A stretch of 64,000 bases of DNA from Takakia lepidozioides (GCA_030704615.1 CM060734.1:45942001-46006000), one strand, 5' to 3'. Shown: positions 38,891 to 52,036, numbered from the stretch's first letter. The notes: generated from the letters alone by a model not told the origin. Translations and numbers: made by a program.

Positions 38891-39394
38891 GACACATTCG
38901 TCTCCTCTCGTCTCCCTCTCCTGTGGTCCGCGACAGAGGTGGTTTTGTGCAGAGCAGGGCTAATCTTTATAGACAATTCTGCATCAGTTTTGGGCTCAAA
39001 ATCAGATAACAGTGGAAGTGCCTTTTCGGAATGACTCATTTGTTTTAAGACAGACATTTATGAAGCACCAGTTTCCCTGCCTTGCATGTTTGAAGATGTG
39101 TTTTCATGCTTCCTTTAGCGGTCCCCGGTCTGAATTCGTCATTTTCATTCATCCACTCTCTTTCTCATCCATCTTTTCTCATCACATATTCATCCATCGT
39201 TCATCCATCGTTCATCCATCGTTCATCCACTCCTTTCATCCAACTCCTTTTCAAAACACACTCAAACATCAATCAACCACTCCACAATGTTGCTGCTAAC
39301 CCGCAGGCTCACTCTTTTAAAAAAATGCTTCATTTTCGATGCTTGAATCCCACGGTAATAGGGCTTCCAGCAGGTACAAGTCCGCGGCAATAGG

Positions 39395-39454
39395 GCGAAA
39401 ACTGTGAGCAGAATCATGCTCACAGTTTTTTCTGCTCACAATCTAGCACGCCCC
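39395..39454 (-). mobile_element. Putative element terminus related to the 51574 and 1332 termini
   Basis: Reverse complement GGGGCGTGCTAGATTGTGAGCAGAAAAAACTGTGAGCA shares the GRGG-NN-TGCTA-N5-TGAGC pattern. Confidence 0.5.
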
Positions 39455-39477
39455 CGGGCGCGCAGTGAATGTGAAAT

Positions 39478-39515
<38 letters not shown>

Positions 39516-39989
39516 GGATGCTTGTTGGATATGCAGAAGGAGAGTAGTGGTAGGTTCCTCATGCTTAAGATACTTGGGGAAGGGTAGGTTCTTGGAGTAT
39601 AGAGGCTGACCTGGCTTGATGGAGGCTAGAAGTGTGGAGCCCTGTGGGAGTTGTAACAGGAATGGGGATTGTCAGGTGGCTGCTGATGCGTGAGTATGAG
39701 GATAGTGGCTGATGAACTGGAGAAACGTGGGCCGCAAAACAGGCCCATTGGAGGGCCTCCTGACTATGGGTTCCAGGTGGGGGGTGAGCTAACCCTCTAC
39801 CAGACCATGAATGTTGAGTTGTTGAGCCTGAGGCCCCGAAAATGCAGTCTCTAGGGTGGGGGTTGGCAAAGGATTGGATGTTCATGGGGCAGGTAAGCGG
39901 GCTAGAGTAGTAGGAGTGTGTTAGGTGGAATGAGGTGATGAGGAGGGTGAGTATGTCTTGGGAAATAATGCTATGAATGGCTCAAAGAG

Positions 39990-40970
39990 ATGTGTTTTCA
40001 TGGAATGCCATGGTCTCAGGATATGCCCAGCATGGGTCTGGTAAGGCTGCTTTGGCGATGTATGAGCAAATGAGATGGGAAGGGGGTGAAGCCTGACAGA
40101 GTCACATACATTTGTGCTCTCAATGCATGTGCCAGTCTGGCAGCCCTGGAAAAGGGCAAAGAGGTTCATGCTGGTATTGATAAGGCCAGAATTCTCCAGA
40201 TATTACTCTGGAGAACGCCCTTGTTGACATGTATGCCAAATGTGGGAGTATGAATGATGCACACAAAGTATTTAACAGTATGGCTCAGCAAAATGTGGTG
40301 TCAAGGAGTGCAATGATAGCAGGATATACTCAACATGGGTATGGTAGGGAGACATTTGAGATCTATGAGCAAATGATATGGGAAGGGGTGATGCCTGATA
40401 GGGTCACATTCACTTGCATTCTCAATGCCTGTGCCAGTCTGGGAGACCTGGAAAAGGGCAAAGAGGTGCATGCTGACATCATGAAAGCTGGAATTGGGCT
40501 AGATTCCATTCTAGAGACTGCCCTGGTTAATATGTATGCCAAATGTGGGAGTATGAAGGATGCACGTCTAGTGTTTGACAGTATGGCGCAAAGAGATGTG
40601 GTGTCATGGAACACCACGACCTCAGGATTTGCACAGCATGGGTGTGGTAGCAAGGCCTTGGAGATTTGTGAGCAAATGCTACAGGAAGGAGTGAGGCCCA
40701 ACAGGATCACGTTCAGTTGCGTTCTCAATGCATGTGCCAGCCTTGCAGCCTTGGAAAAGGGAAGAGAGGTCCATGCTGACATCAGCAAGGTGGGCATTGT
40801 GGCAGATACGATCCTGCAGAATGCCCTTGTTGACATGTATGCGAAGTTTGGGAGCATAGCGGATGCACGTCAAGTGTTTGACAGTATGGCTGAATAAAAT
40901 GTGGTGTCGTGTAGTGCGATGATAGCCGGATATGCTCAGCATGGATGTGGTAGGGATGCTCTCAAGATAG
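39990..40970 (+). pseudogene. PLS-class PPR gene fragment
   Basis: Repeated MYAKCGS..DA..VF.SM..RDVVSW / PD.VTF..ILNACASL..LEKGKEVHADI; stop at 40897 and upstream frameshifts. Confidence 0.9.
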
Positions 40971-41039
40971 ACATCAGTAGTTAGTTGGCTTCTTCAATCG
41001 TACAAGGTAGCATGCATGCTTGGGAGAGCTTGGCACGAG

Positions 41040-43965
41040 GTGCCATCTCATCAGTTCTGCCAATGAGGGGTTTCGGTAGTGTGCCTGCAGTCGTGGGATG
41101 ATTGGAAAATAGTGCATTTTCTAGCACCATCCCCATGTCGGCCCCATATCATAATCAGTGTCATTCATATCTCTAAGTAAAACCTTACGTCTTGTAGCGG
41201 TTGCAAAAAGGTAGAATGCAATATACTAGTGTATTGTGGCGCGGGTATACCTTGCGCGGGGCTTTCTTCCCTTGAACATCATCCTGATATCGGTCTTTGT
41301 TGAACTTTGGACACTTGGTGAGTTTCGCATCCTCTCCGTAGTACAGGGTTTTATCACATGGACATGCATGAAAAATCTTATAGCCCATCCCCACAGCATC
41401 CAAGGCTGCTCTTGCCTCTTTTCTTGATCGTGGCATTCTCGGCTTTAAATGTGGGGCAAGGATGTAGTCCGCAATAGTCCGCATTATGGCGGACATACCC
41501 ACATTGCTTATGCCAAACCGGATTTGCAAATTCAGCAACAACAAGATGGTTGAAAGTCTACTCACTGTGGCCCCTTCGTATAAGGGAGTTTTGGCTTCTT
41601 TTTCCATGTCATTCAAAGAGTCTGTGTCCTCATCTACCATCTGATGCATTAAGAGGTCCTCCATTGCTGCCACATCCTCATGCATAATTTCATTGTCATT
41701 GTTGTCCTCATCATCGGAGACCGCCATTTCAGACGGGGTCGGGTCCCTTTGATACGCACCCCCCTCCGAAGGAACAAAACCCCGGTTCATGACAAGATCA
41801 TGAACTTCATGAATTAACGTCGTGGGGTTGTGGCCGGCATCCTAAGATGCCAAAAACAACCATGTCATTATCAGTTTCCATACATGGCGTTGTTCATTAT
41901 CATACAAGATAAAACCCAAAGTACACATTATACATACGAGGGGAATACATACATTGCTTCACCACATGAAGGAGACACTATATAATTCAAAATACCCAAA
42001 TTCACATATAACGTCCACCCAAACTCCCTTGAATATAGCATGAAAAACTGCATCCAAATACACATCAATGCCTATGTATATATATACACGGTGGAGGAAG
42101 CCACCTCAATGTACAAAATGTCTTCCTACGTCCATCTACACATGATGAAAGTCGGCTAACGCCTAAAGTCATACTCTGCAAACAACTCCTCTCCAGCCCT
42201 AATAGTCCTCCTTGCACATGTCATCACAAAAGTGGTGATGTTAGGGTCCAATCTACTATCCCCGTCATGGCGCTCATCCCAAAACACGTTGGCGCTGTGG
42301 CCCGGCGGTAAGGTAACTGAATTGTTGATGAGCCCAGCCACGTTGCCGTACACATCGGGGTTTCCGTCACAATAAATATGGGCTTTGCGGCCCAAATTTC
42401 TTGCCCTTACATCATTGTCGTTCACAACAAGGATGTAAGGATGGATCAAGGACCCAAGGCCATGTGTCTGCAATAATTGCCACTCCCAGTGGGTGTACCT
42501 CGGCCCAAAATAGGGGAACAAATCCATAGAATCCTCTCCTCCCCCCAAAACTACATCCTCCATAAAAAAAAATCCGCGATCCATACTAAGGTCCATTGCC
42601 TCCATCACGCAATACATGCGACCCCAAAAAAGAAAGGGCTCACCCTCGGGAATCGGAACTGGACAAGGCACAAGACATTGGTAGAAATGGGGTTGGACTC
42701 CCATCGTGAATAGCTCCCTAGCACCACAATGATGTATGGTGCCGTCATCAGGCCGGCGAAGGCGCGGACCAACCGTGCGAAACAACTTCGGTCCACCTCT
42801 CCTAGGGGGCGGCGCCCGTCCATCACTTCGGGGGCCCTTCTCCCGGAGTGGGAACCTAGTGATCCATCGGTCCCAGTCATACACAGTCCCCAAAGGTGGT
42901 GGGATCCATCCGGGTTCTGCCGGAGGACCCGGATATGGACTCGGTGGCGGCTGTGGTCTCGGCAATGGAGGGGAAGGGAAATGTAGGTTGGTATGAGGGA
43001 TCTCGCGTGGAGGTAGTAATGGCCGAGATGGCCGGGATGGCGATGGTGAGGAGGAAAGAACATGTACAATAGGAGGAACGGACGATGCGGATGATGGTGA
43101 TGATGGGGGTGCCGATGTCGAGGATGTCAAACTCGGACTCGGTGGCGGCTGTGGTCTCGGCAATGGAGGGGAAGGGACACGTAGCCGGTCGGTATGAGGG
43201 ACCTCGGATGGCAATGGTGATGAGGAAAGACCATCTACAATAGGAAGAACAAACGTTGCGGATGATGGTTTTGATGGGGGTGCCGATGTCGAGGATGACG
43301 AATGTGTGTGCGTAGGTGACAAGCGCCTAGCCCGGTGCCCAAAAATAGAAAAACACGCATCGTACCCCGCTACCTCACAAACTGCATCTACGTCATGTTG
43401 CGAGAAAAAAATGTTCACATCCGGAACGGGGTGGGGCTCATAAGAAGGAAGAAACCCGCATCGGTATGCCTCTTCAGCAAAAAAATTGCGAGCTTGGACA
43501 TCAAGACAGGGCTGCAAGATGCATGATATGAAATGCATCAATACTCAATTCACAAACGCGAGGTTTCATTAGATATAGTACTTTTAATTGAGGAGTACGT
43601 GAGAAGATATATGGACGACTTACCTTTGCTGCATCAGCAATCTCGTACTTGGCATAATGTTTTTGTACAACATGGGGTTGCCGCATCATCGGTGTGGTCC
43701 TCCCAACCGGTAGTCGTGCCCAACACCAACTGCACCAACACTCAATCTTGGGGAGGCGGTCCCGGCGGGGTCTCCCCGGGGCTCATGCCTCTGGACTTGG
43801 TGGCCTACGACCTCGGGATGGCGGCCGTGGGGGCAAAGCTGTGCGGACATGGCGATGCCGCCTAACTCGTAGACAAGGCGAACGTGCTGTCTCGCCCTCA
43901 GCAGGTGGTTGTGGCACAGCCGGCAACGAATCCTCAAGTGTGACACGTCGATAAACACGTGGCAT
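41040..43965 (-). pseudogene. CACTA transposase (TnpD/Transposase_21-like) N-terminal exons, truncated
   Basis: Exon 43965-43624 (IECWCSWC..VVQKH, one TGA); exon 41841-41251 (TPLYEGA..MGYKIFHACPCD..LY..CPK..RY..PRK); exon from 41120 KMHYFPIIPRLQAHY..AELMRWH. Confidence 0.82.
42156..43511 (-). CDS. Pro-rich plus SET-domain protein exon inside the CACTA element
   Basis: Open ORF ending GNVAGLINNS..ANV..CARRTIRAGEELFAEY, matching SET RFINHS and GEELxxDY motifs; splice acceptor at 43512. Confidence 0.72.
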   Translation of the reverse strand, partial: PCLDVQARNFFAEEAYRCGFLPSYEPHPVPDVNIFFSQHDVDAVCEVAGYDACFSIFGHRARRLSPTHTHSSSSTSAPPSKPSSATFVLPIVDGLSSSPLPSEVPHTDRLRVPSPPLPRPQPPPSPSLTSSTSAPPSSPSSASSVPPIVHVLSSSPSPSRPSRPLLPPREIPHTNLHFPSPPLPRPQPPPSPYPGPPAEPGWIPPPLGTVYDWDRWITRFPLREKGPRSDGRAPPPRRGGPKLFRTVGPRLRRPDDGTIHHCGARELFTMGVQPHFYQCLVPCPVPIPEGEPFLFWGRMYCVMEAMDLSMDRGFFFMEDVVLGGGEDSMDLFPYFGPRYTHWEWQLLQTHGLGSLIHPYILVVNDNDVRARNLGRKAHIYCDGNPDVYGNVAGLINNSVTLPPGHSANVFWDERHDGDSRLDPNITTFVMTCARRTIRAGEELFAEYDFRR

Positions 43966-46900
43966 GACCTAGCACGAGAGAGAGGTAGAGTACCGTATTG
44001 TGACCCACTGTAACCTCTGGAGGAGTTACACTCCCAACCCTTGGAAAAACTTGAAAAAAAAAACCCTGCAAACGTAAAGCCATATGTCCCCACCCCACCA
44101 AAAAACAAAACCCTAAAAACAAAACTATATTGCAGCTAATCCTAAACTAACTATATTATAATTAACCCTAAACTAAACTATGAAACTAAACCCTAAACTA
44201 AACTATGTAACCCTAAGAGCCAAAGACCCAAAAACCCAAATGATCCTTGCAAAACCCCATAACCCAAAAAACCAAAAAAATAAAATAAAAAATGAGAGGC
44301 CTCTTCAACTCACCTCTGCGCCAGATCTGCAACTGTCGTGTGACGTCCGTGCGACGTCCCCCTGAGGCAGCAACGCTCGTGTGATTCCCCAACGTCGCAG
44401 CGGATCCTCCTCTTGCCAAGGTGGCCGCCCCTCTCTCCCCTTCTCTCTGGCGCATGATCGCCGCCGAGGTTTTCCGGTGGGGTCGCCACACTGGTGCGCC
44501 GCAGCTGCACTGACTGCCTCTCACTCCCCCTCTCAATCTCTCTATCTGATCTCTCTCTCCCTCACCCTCCTCCTCTCACTCTTCCTCCCTCCCCTCCCTC
44601 CATCCCTACTTTGTTTTTTTTTGCTCTCGAGCTCTCCCGGGCGCAACTACCCTCGCGCGCCGGAGCGTTTTCGGCGCGGCAATGACGCAACACTGACGCG
44701 CCACGGCGTTCAAACCCATGCGCGCTGTCTCTTTCACTCTCCCTCTCGCCCTAATCCCTCTCCCTCACTCTCTCTCTCCCTCTTCTATGTCGTTTTGTTT
44801 TTTGTTGCTGTTTGAGCGAGCTGGGAGCGCGCCCCCGTGACCTGCTGGTGGAGCGGCAGCCAAACGCCAGCGCTGCGGGAGGGTCCACCAGCGTGAAGGA
44901 GCTGCCGCGTGAGGGAGCTGCCCTCCCTCTCCTTCTCTCTCTCTCATTCTCCCTCTTAGCCCTCACTCTCCCTCTCGCCCTTATCTCTCTCCCTCATTCT
45001 CTCCCTCGCTCTCTCTCTCTCCCTCTTCTCCCTTTTTTGTTGTTTGAGCGAGGGAGTGTGCCCACGCGACCTGGTGGCGGAGCGCCAACGGAACGCCAGC
45101 ATGAAGGAGCTGCTGCGTGAGGCGCCCAACTGCAGGTAAGCAGCCATGCATTTCTGATCTTCATAGTGAGAGATTTCAGTGAGAGTTTGGGTTCCACAGA
45201 GTAGACTGTGGAATCCCCACGGATCTCATAGTATATAGGACAATAGAAGAAGTGATCTTCAGTTTCAATTTCATGGAGAGAGAGGGAGAGAGAGAAAGAG
45301 AGGGAGAGATTTCCTTTTTTTTTTGGGGACCTGCACAAATGAGAAGGAGAGAGAGGGAAGATATTCACGTCATGTCAAGACATGGACAAGACCCATAAGG
45401 GTCATTTGTCAATTAAAGACATAAACAGCCTTGGATAGGGCACTATCTCACTTTTCCAGTCTTGTCAAATCATCCCAAAAGACACCACCCAATCATCCAA
45501 AACAAAACAGGGTGGGAGGGCGGGGTTTGTTCTTGTGTGGGACAAGATAAGATATTGTTGTCCCTGTGCATGCTGCAAGGCCTCTTGGTCCAGCCTGTAC
45601 ATATACCAGCAGCTTACCAATTCAGCCATGAATTATGGCATGTCATGCATCAGCCAAGGCATAAGGACCAGCCTGCATTTTGTCAGAATCTCAGTATCCC
45701 ACCAAACAGTCCAACTTGATCCAGATGAAGTAGATTCCATATCATTTGTATTCACCCCGAGACATGTGATCATACAAGGTATCAAGGGAATGTGAATGCA
45801 GCTTGTCAGATTGCAGGTTCAAGACTTGTACCAACAAACAGCATGAACAGCCGAGATCCAGCCTCTTTTGTATAAAAAATAGATGGCAGGTCATAGGCCT
45901 GATGTCATGACAGATCCAAAATAGTAGGTAGGATTCCATTGCAGCTTACCATCCTCATCCTTCAAGAGTTCCATGCTAAGACATGCAAAAAACACCTTAC
46001 TACGATCTAGTACACATCAGAAGTAGGCCTGACAAGGAGCAGGGCAGTACCCTACCAGGCTGCCACCTTAAACTTCAAGGCCATCAGATCCATAGTTACC
46101 CAAAACCGCCAAAAACATACCACCAAAAACCAGATCCTCTTTGGCCAAAATAACTCACAACCTAGCTTAATAATCCACAGGTTGTGCTGTAAAAGATTAA
46201 AAGGTAGGGTATAGTTTGTATGCAAGCCTCAGGAAACAAGCCCGTCAGGCCGAGCTGCGCATCGGCGGCAGAACGACAAAGGCCAGAATGCAGGCTGGAG
46301 CATATCAAGTCAAAGGCAGTTGGGTTGAAATCGGGGCTGCAGCCAGCAGCCACCACACAGCGCGCACAACCCTAGGTTTCCTCAGCCCATATCCCAATCT
46401 GCATGCTCAAGAAATTTCAAAGTAGGTGAGGATCCTCACCTGGTCCCATCACAAGCCCCCACAAAAACCAACAGGTTAGTGAGGATTGTGGAACCCCAGG
46501 TGAATCACAGACCCTCACACTTGTCATCAATGTCAACTAAGAAACTCAAAAGCAAGAGAAAGAGATAAGAACATGAGAATCCCTAAACTCCAAAGGCACC
46601 TTAAGCGATTGGGGAAGAGGGTTATGCGCCATCACCACCCGCAGCAAGCCGCCTCCACAAAGCACATAAGCAATGAAGCAAAGCAGGCACAAACGCAAGG
46701 CACTAGAAAAGAGGGAGAGAACTTCCCATCATGAGCATCCTTGCTAAGCACAGAAAAAGCCAGAGGAGGGAAGATGCCACTGCTTTCATAGCGGTGTTTC
46801 CCACTGCAAGAGAGACAAGGCACCGCCTTCGCGCCCCCCCAGGCGCTCGTCCAGCATGGGTACGACATCACAAACGGGGCAGCCACCGAAGCACGCCCGC

Positions 46901-47690
46901 CATAACATTCTCCTCGCGAGCTCAGAAGCACATCGCCTGCTTCTGACAGCGGGAGAGACGACATAGGGTTGTCCCCCGATTTTTCATCCGTGGATGAAAA
47001 ACGGTAGGACGAATCCATATACCCTGACGGATTTCATCCGTGGCAAGGTTAAAAATAGGTTTTGGGGTAGGGGTTAGGGTTTCCACCGTAATTAATCATA
47101 ATTAGGGGTAGTAAAGATCAATTCCAGGTCATAATCACATCACCCATAGATAGCTCACTTGTGTCAGGATGCAAAAGTAGGGAATATCATCTGTGGCAGC
47201 GCCTTACCTCCATCTAGGTAATTCTATCATTCCTTTTCAGACCATCCGGTATGGATAACAAGAGTCAATAAAAGAGGAATGAAAAATTATCACCCTGGTA
47301 GTTTTTCATCCGGTACGGATGGAAAAACAGGATGCTGTTGACAACCTCCATAGAGGTAATTCTTTTCTTCCATGGTGACTCATCCGGTATGGATGAGAGT
47401 CAATAGAGGAGGAATGAAAAGGCCAAAAGAACCACCCTAGAGGTAATTCAGTGTCCATCCTGTTGGCTCATCCGGTATGGATGAAAAAGCCTGATAGAGG
47501 AACAAAAAATCCACACTGATAGCAAACTGCCGATTCCCAGTAGAGAGGGAGACAGAGGGAGAAATGGGGCCAAGAAAATAAAAAAAGAAGTAAGGGGGGG
47601 GGGACTGAGCAGCAGCAGCTCGGCCCCTCTCTGGTTTTTTTCTTTTGTGAGCAGCAGAGGGACAGGGACAGATGGAGGAGAGAGACATTC

Positions 47691-48500
47691 GTGCAAGCAC
47701 TTGAGGGCACATTTTCGGGTGAGTGGAATGAGGGGAAGCTCTTGGAGCTGGTGGGAAAGAACCTCAAGGACAAGAGGTACCGTGTGCGACAAACCATTTG
47801 CAAGGCACTCAAGGCGGGGGTCGAACCAACGACCATGCCACATGGAATAACCAAGGTAAGACGCACTTCAGTTGTCATTGGTGTCTTTGAATGCATGTTC
47901 ATTGCGGTATGGAGTTCATTAACATTTATAGTGTCTTTGTTGGGGCTGGACAGGAATCTTGGGAGGCTCTCATCGCAGGGGAGAGGGAAGAGCTGAAGGT
48001 GGAGATCTTCGCAAGGGGTCGTGCGGCAACTGCAGCCCGCCTCGAGAAGTGTGCGGAATCAACACACAAGTGGGGCCCCGGCGGAAGCAAGAGTTTTGTC
48101 ACCCGATTCATAAGTGTTCTTTCTCTTGTCATACCCATTCTTCTTTTTTAGCTTCTCCCTTCCATTATGAATTCTGACCTGTCATTGCATTTGTATGTCA
48201 TGTGCAGAGAAAGAAGTTTGAGAGGCCTCCCTCCGCCATCGAGCACAACTTTTGCAAGAGGGGTGGAAGGCCCTTGTAGCCTCAATGGCCAAGACGCCAC
48301 AATTGACGGAGGATAGTGCATCTGTAGGGGTGGGGATGGGTAGTTCAGTGGCTCGGCCGGATGGGGGAGAGCCAGTAGTAGGGGGTGGTTCGAAGGATGA
48401 TGTAATCTCGGACTCGGCCTCATCATCCTCCAAATTGGAGACCGAGCGTAGCTTGCATTCCTCGGACAAGTACACCTATGACTCAGGTGATGAGGAGTGA
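47691..48500 (+). pseudogene. TnpA/Ptta-like accessory gene of the CACTA element (spliced)
   Basis: MPHGITK, intron, ESWEALI..E..AARL....HKWGPGG pattern typical of the second CACTA ORF; GT-AG introns. Confidence 0.5.
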
Positions 48501-49419
48501 GGGATGGTTCCCAGTTAGAGACATGTAAAGGTAGTACTCGCTTTATGTATATATTTCTTCAGTTACCATTTTGATCCTTATTCTAACCTTAATGGACATG
48601 TGGATTCTAATCTAACCTATAGATTAGAATGCATGCATTTCATGCAAGCACGAGGCACACCCCAACCCCCAAGAAAACCCCACCCCCACCCCCCCAAAAC
48701 GAAAAAAAAACCCCAAAACCCCACCCCAAATACCAGCTGGCTACCCTCCCACCCAGCGATGCCGGCGCGACGGCCGGGTGCGACTAGCGACGCCGTTGCG
48801 ATTCCCCGCCGTCGCAATAGAATAACGCCAACATGGAGCTAGCGACGCCACGAAGGGGCTGCGACGTTGTTGCGACTCCAGGGAGTCGCACATGAACGTG
48901 CCCTCCCATGGAGCTAGCGACGGCCCCCGGGGGCTGCGACATCCCTGCGATTCCCGGACGTCGCTACAGAACCTCCTTACCCATGGGGGTCTAGCGACGT
49001 CATGGCGATTCCTGGGCGTCGCCAGGCTGCGACGTTTTGGCGACGCCAACGCGTGGCTAATTCTGGGAATGGGCGACGTCCTTGCGACTGCCCCATGACG
49101 CAGGGGAAGGGATGGACCCCCTCCCTGCCCTTTGTTGCGACTCCTGGGAGTTGCCATATTGCGACGCCCCAGAGGGGCGACGTCTTTTGGCCGTCGTTGG
49201 TCGTGGCTAGGTGGACCCGGGGGATTAGCGATTCCCTTAGGTCGCTAATCTGCGACGTTCCGGGAGCGACGTGGCGGCGACTTCCCGACGTCGCAATTTG
49301 TCCCCGGCACGCCCTGGGCGCTGTAGTGTATTTTGGTTGCTAGGCGCGGCGTTTGGAGGTTGTTGAGGCATCGCTAACACCCCCCCCCCCCCCGCCCCCT
49401 CCCCCAAAACGTAGTAGTG

Positions 49420-50150
49420 ACCCTCAGAATAACACATCCTGCAGTGACATCCAGGGTCGTAGGAGCAGTCTGCTGCAAATAAACATAGTCACCAGGGCTA
49501 AACCTCCAAACCCCAGGACGATATCCTCCACCACGTATAGTGGCATACGTCAACGTATCACAGTGTTGTGCAATGGCAAGGTTATCAAAAGCCATGGGCA
49601 TAACTTTCTTGAACAACTCTGCACGTTGATCACATGCACGTACCCACACGTCCGGATCGTCAAGGTTAAGGACTTGAGCAGTGTCCCTACGAATGGCTGC
49701 AGGAAAATCCGGCTCTCGGCCAAAGAGAAGGAAATATGGTGAGAAGGAGGCAAGTGATGCTTGTTTGCTGAACCTGTAGCCCATGGCTAACCAAGGCACC
49801 TGAAGATCCCAATCTCCTAGGTGTCCCTTCTGCAAGCCATACTTGCGCAAACCCCTCTTCACCGTTTGAACAACTCTCTCTGCCAAGCTATCGGCCTCAG
49901 GATGATCCCGAGAAGTGGTGCGGTGGTCTATCAAGGCTTTATCACACAAAGCTTGAAACTCCCCCAAGAACTCTCTCTCTTGGTCCGTGAGTACCTCAGC
50001 TGGAGCACCGAATCGGCTAAGCACACGATCCAAAAATGCATACGCAGCCCCCTCACTAGCCTTGTCAGGCAATGGAACCAACTCAATCCACTTGGAGAAG
50101 TGCTCCACCATCACCAACACATATCTGTGGTGACGCATAGTCAGTGGCAA
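49420..50150 (-). mobile_element. Integrase fragment of the same gypsy family as 36050-36790
   Basis: DKASEGAAYAFLDRVLSRFGAPAEVLTDQ.. is nearly identical to the 36 kb copy. Confidence 0.9.
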
Positions 50151-50154
50151 CAAA

Positions 50155-50435
50155 TTTGACAATATGGCTGAACGGGACGTTGTCTCCTGGAACACGATGA
50201 TCATAGGATATGGCCAACATGGGTGCAAGATGAAGCCACAAATGAGCAAATGTTGGGTGCAGCCGGACCGGGTCACTTTCATTTGTCTTTGCAAGGCGTG
50301 TACGAGCCTGACAGCCCTGGAAAAGGGCAAAGAGGTCCATGGTGACATCATCAAAGCTGGAATTGTATCAGATGTCACTCTGAACAGTACCCTGGTGGAC
50401 ATGTATGCCAAAGGGGGGAGCATCAAGGATGCCAA
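50155..50435 (+). pseudogene. PPR fragment
   Basis: MAERDVVSWNTMIIGYGQHG..PDRVTFI..LEKGKEVHGDI..LVDMYAKGGSIKDA. Confidence 0.85.
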
Positions 50436-51573
50436 TGTGGGCTCTTGGGCTCCTGTCAGTACCATGATGTGGTATTCTTTCTGATGCTTACAAGGTTCTT
50501 GGGAGAGTCAGCTTGGTCTTAGTAGGCCGTGTTTCAATCTCTGCCCGCTCAGCTGCACCATGGTGGTTCTCATAGACCAATCCAACATTACCTGACTACA
50601 GACACAAGCAACACACACACAAGAGGTCCTCTTGGTTCATGGTCAGTCAAATCTTCCATAGGTCATGACACAAGGTCGAGGACAATGTGGTGAGGGCACC
50701 TTCTTCTTCGACTATTTCAGCCTGAACATTTTTCCTCTCATCAGACTCAGCCCTGAATTTGTAGCATGGAGCAGAACTGGCATGAGTTTTATAAAGATCC
50801 TTCTCGATGGTGGGACAACCGCAATCACAAGGTGTGGCTTTTTCTGAAGGTACAATGTGAAGATGTTTGTCCATCCTGCAAATGTGGGCTCTTGGCTCCT
50901 GTTAGTACCATGATGTGTTATTGTTTCTGATGTTTACAAGGTTCTTGGGAGAGCCAGCTTGGTCTTCGCAGGTCGTGTTTCAATCTCTGCCCGCTCAGCT
51001 GCACCGTGTTGGATCTCACAGACCACTCCGTCATTACCTGACTACATACCCAAGCAGCACACACAAGAGGTCCTCTTGGGTTCATGGTCAGTCAAATCCT
51101 CCATGGGTCATGCCCTCTCATAAGACTCAGCCCTGAATTTGCATATTGAATTCTGTAAGTTAGCTCGTTGGGTGGATCTGTGGTGGTTTGGAGTGACTTT
51201 AACAAGTTACTGCTGATGTGGCAGCAGAAAAGTACGGCCCAAAAACAAATAACAGAGATGAAGAGAAGAGTGTCACTAGTTAGCATAGAACTAGTGTCAC
51301 TAGTGGACTAGTTAGCATAGGAACTAGTGTGATAGGTAGGGTTGGGGTGTTTGCTGGAGAAATTCAAGCATTTTCCCTCTTATCAGTAGCGGCTCTAAAT
51401 TTTCATGTTGAATTCTGCAAGTTAGCTGGTTGAGTGAACCTTTGTAGTTTGGAGTGACTTTGACATGATACTGCCAATGTGACAATAGGAAAGAATCCGG
51501 AAACAGGTAACGGAGACCATAAGAAGTTGTGGAATGAATACTTTTCTGACCCCAGTCAACGGTGAGACAATCA
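50430..51573. repeat. Copy of the 430-445-bp repeat plus downstream sequence shared with 5900-5980 and 7530-7740
   Basis: Direct similarity to the interior of the 4093-9099 CACTA element. Confidence 0.8.
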
Positions 51574-52036
51574 GGGGGCTGCTATTTCATGAGCCATGAG
51601 CCATGAGCGGCATGAGCCATGAGCAGAGTCGTAAGTGTGGAAAAAAACATGAGCAGCACTATTTTCCGGAAATGAGTGTCCGCGGGAATAGGGTTTAGGG
51701 TGCCACGGTCATAGGGGGAGAAGGACCTCCCGATGAAGGAGGTTCGGCAATGTTATTTAGAATTATATATTGAAAGGCAATGTTTCGCGAATGGTAGGGT
51801 GGTACTGCTCTGTACAATGGGGGCCCATTTCAGCCTACCAGCCACTTGCAAAATCCACCCACACTCCCAATCCCAAACGAAATGAGCAATGACGCATTCT
51901 CGGAACGATGGACACAGAATAGAATAAAAAGAGGGCACAATGAGGTTTTTATTGATCCACATGAATTGCATTTGAAGCACGTCTACTGTGCTGATTGTGC
52001 AATCAAATCTTTAGCCCTGTGCCTACTGAATACAAG

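Larger units (their letters stand above)
41035..49419 (-). mobile_element. CACTA element, left end missing
   Basis: Right terminus ..AAAACGTAGTAGTG (rc CACTACTAC) at 49419; dense GCGACG subterminal repeats 48760-49370; TnpD-like and TnpA-like coding regions inside. Confidence 0.8.

Noticed and set aside
27552-39454. One intact element bounded by the two putative termini
   Set aside because: No TSD, left end matches only 11 of 14 bases, and an internal deletion at the gypsy junction (34607) means the parts may come from different insertions.
39478-39514. Poly-G run as a G-quadruplex element
   Set aside because: Pure homopolymer near a TE junction; could be a sequencing or assembly artefact.
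44105-44225. Telomere-like AAACCCTA motifs
   Set aside because: Few, degenerate and interspersed; common in plant TE and promoter DNA.
45130-46450. LINE remnant (ETEDHFFYCPIYYEIR on minus strand)
   Set aside because: Only one short motif is recognisable; boundaries cannot be supported.
49374-50465. 363-aa ORF as a real gene
   Set aside because: Chimera of antisense PPR sequence, an integrase fragment and a CACTA terminus.
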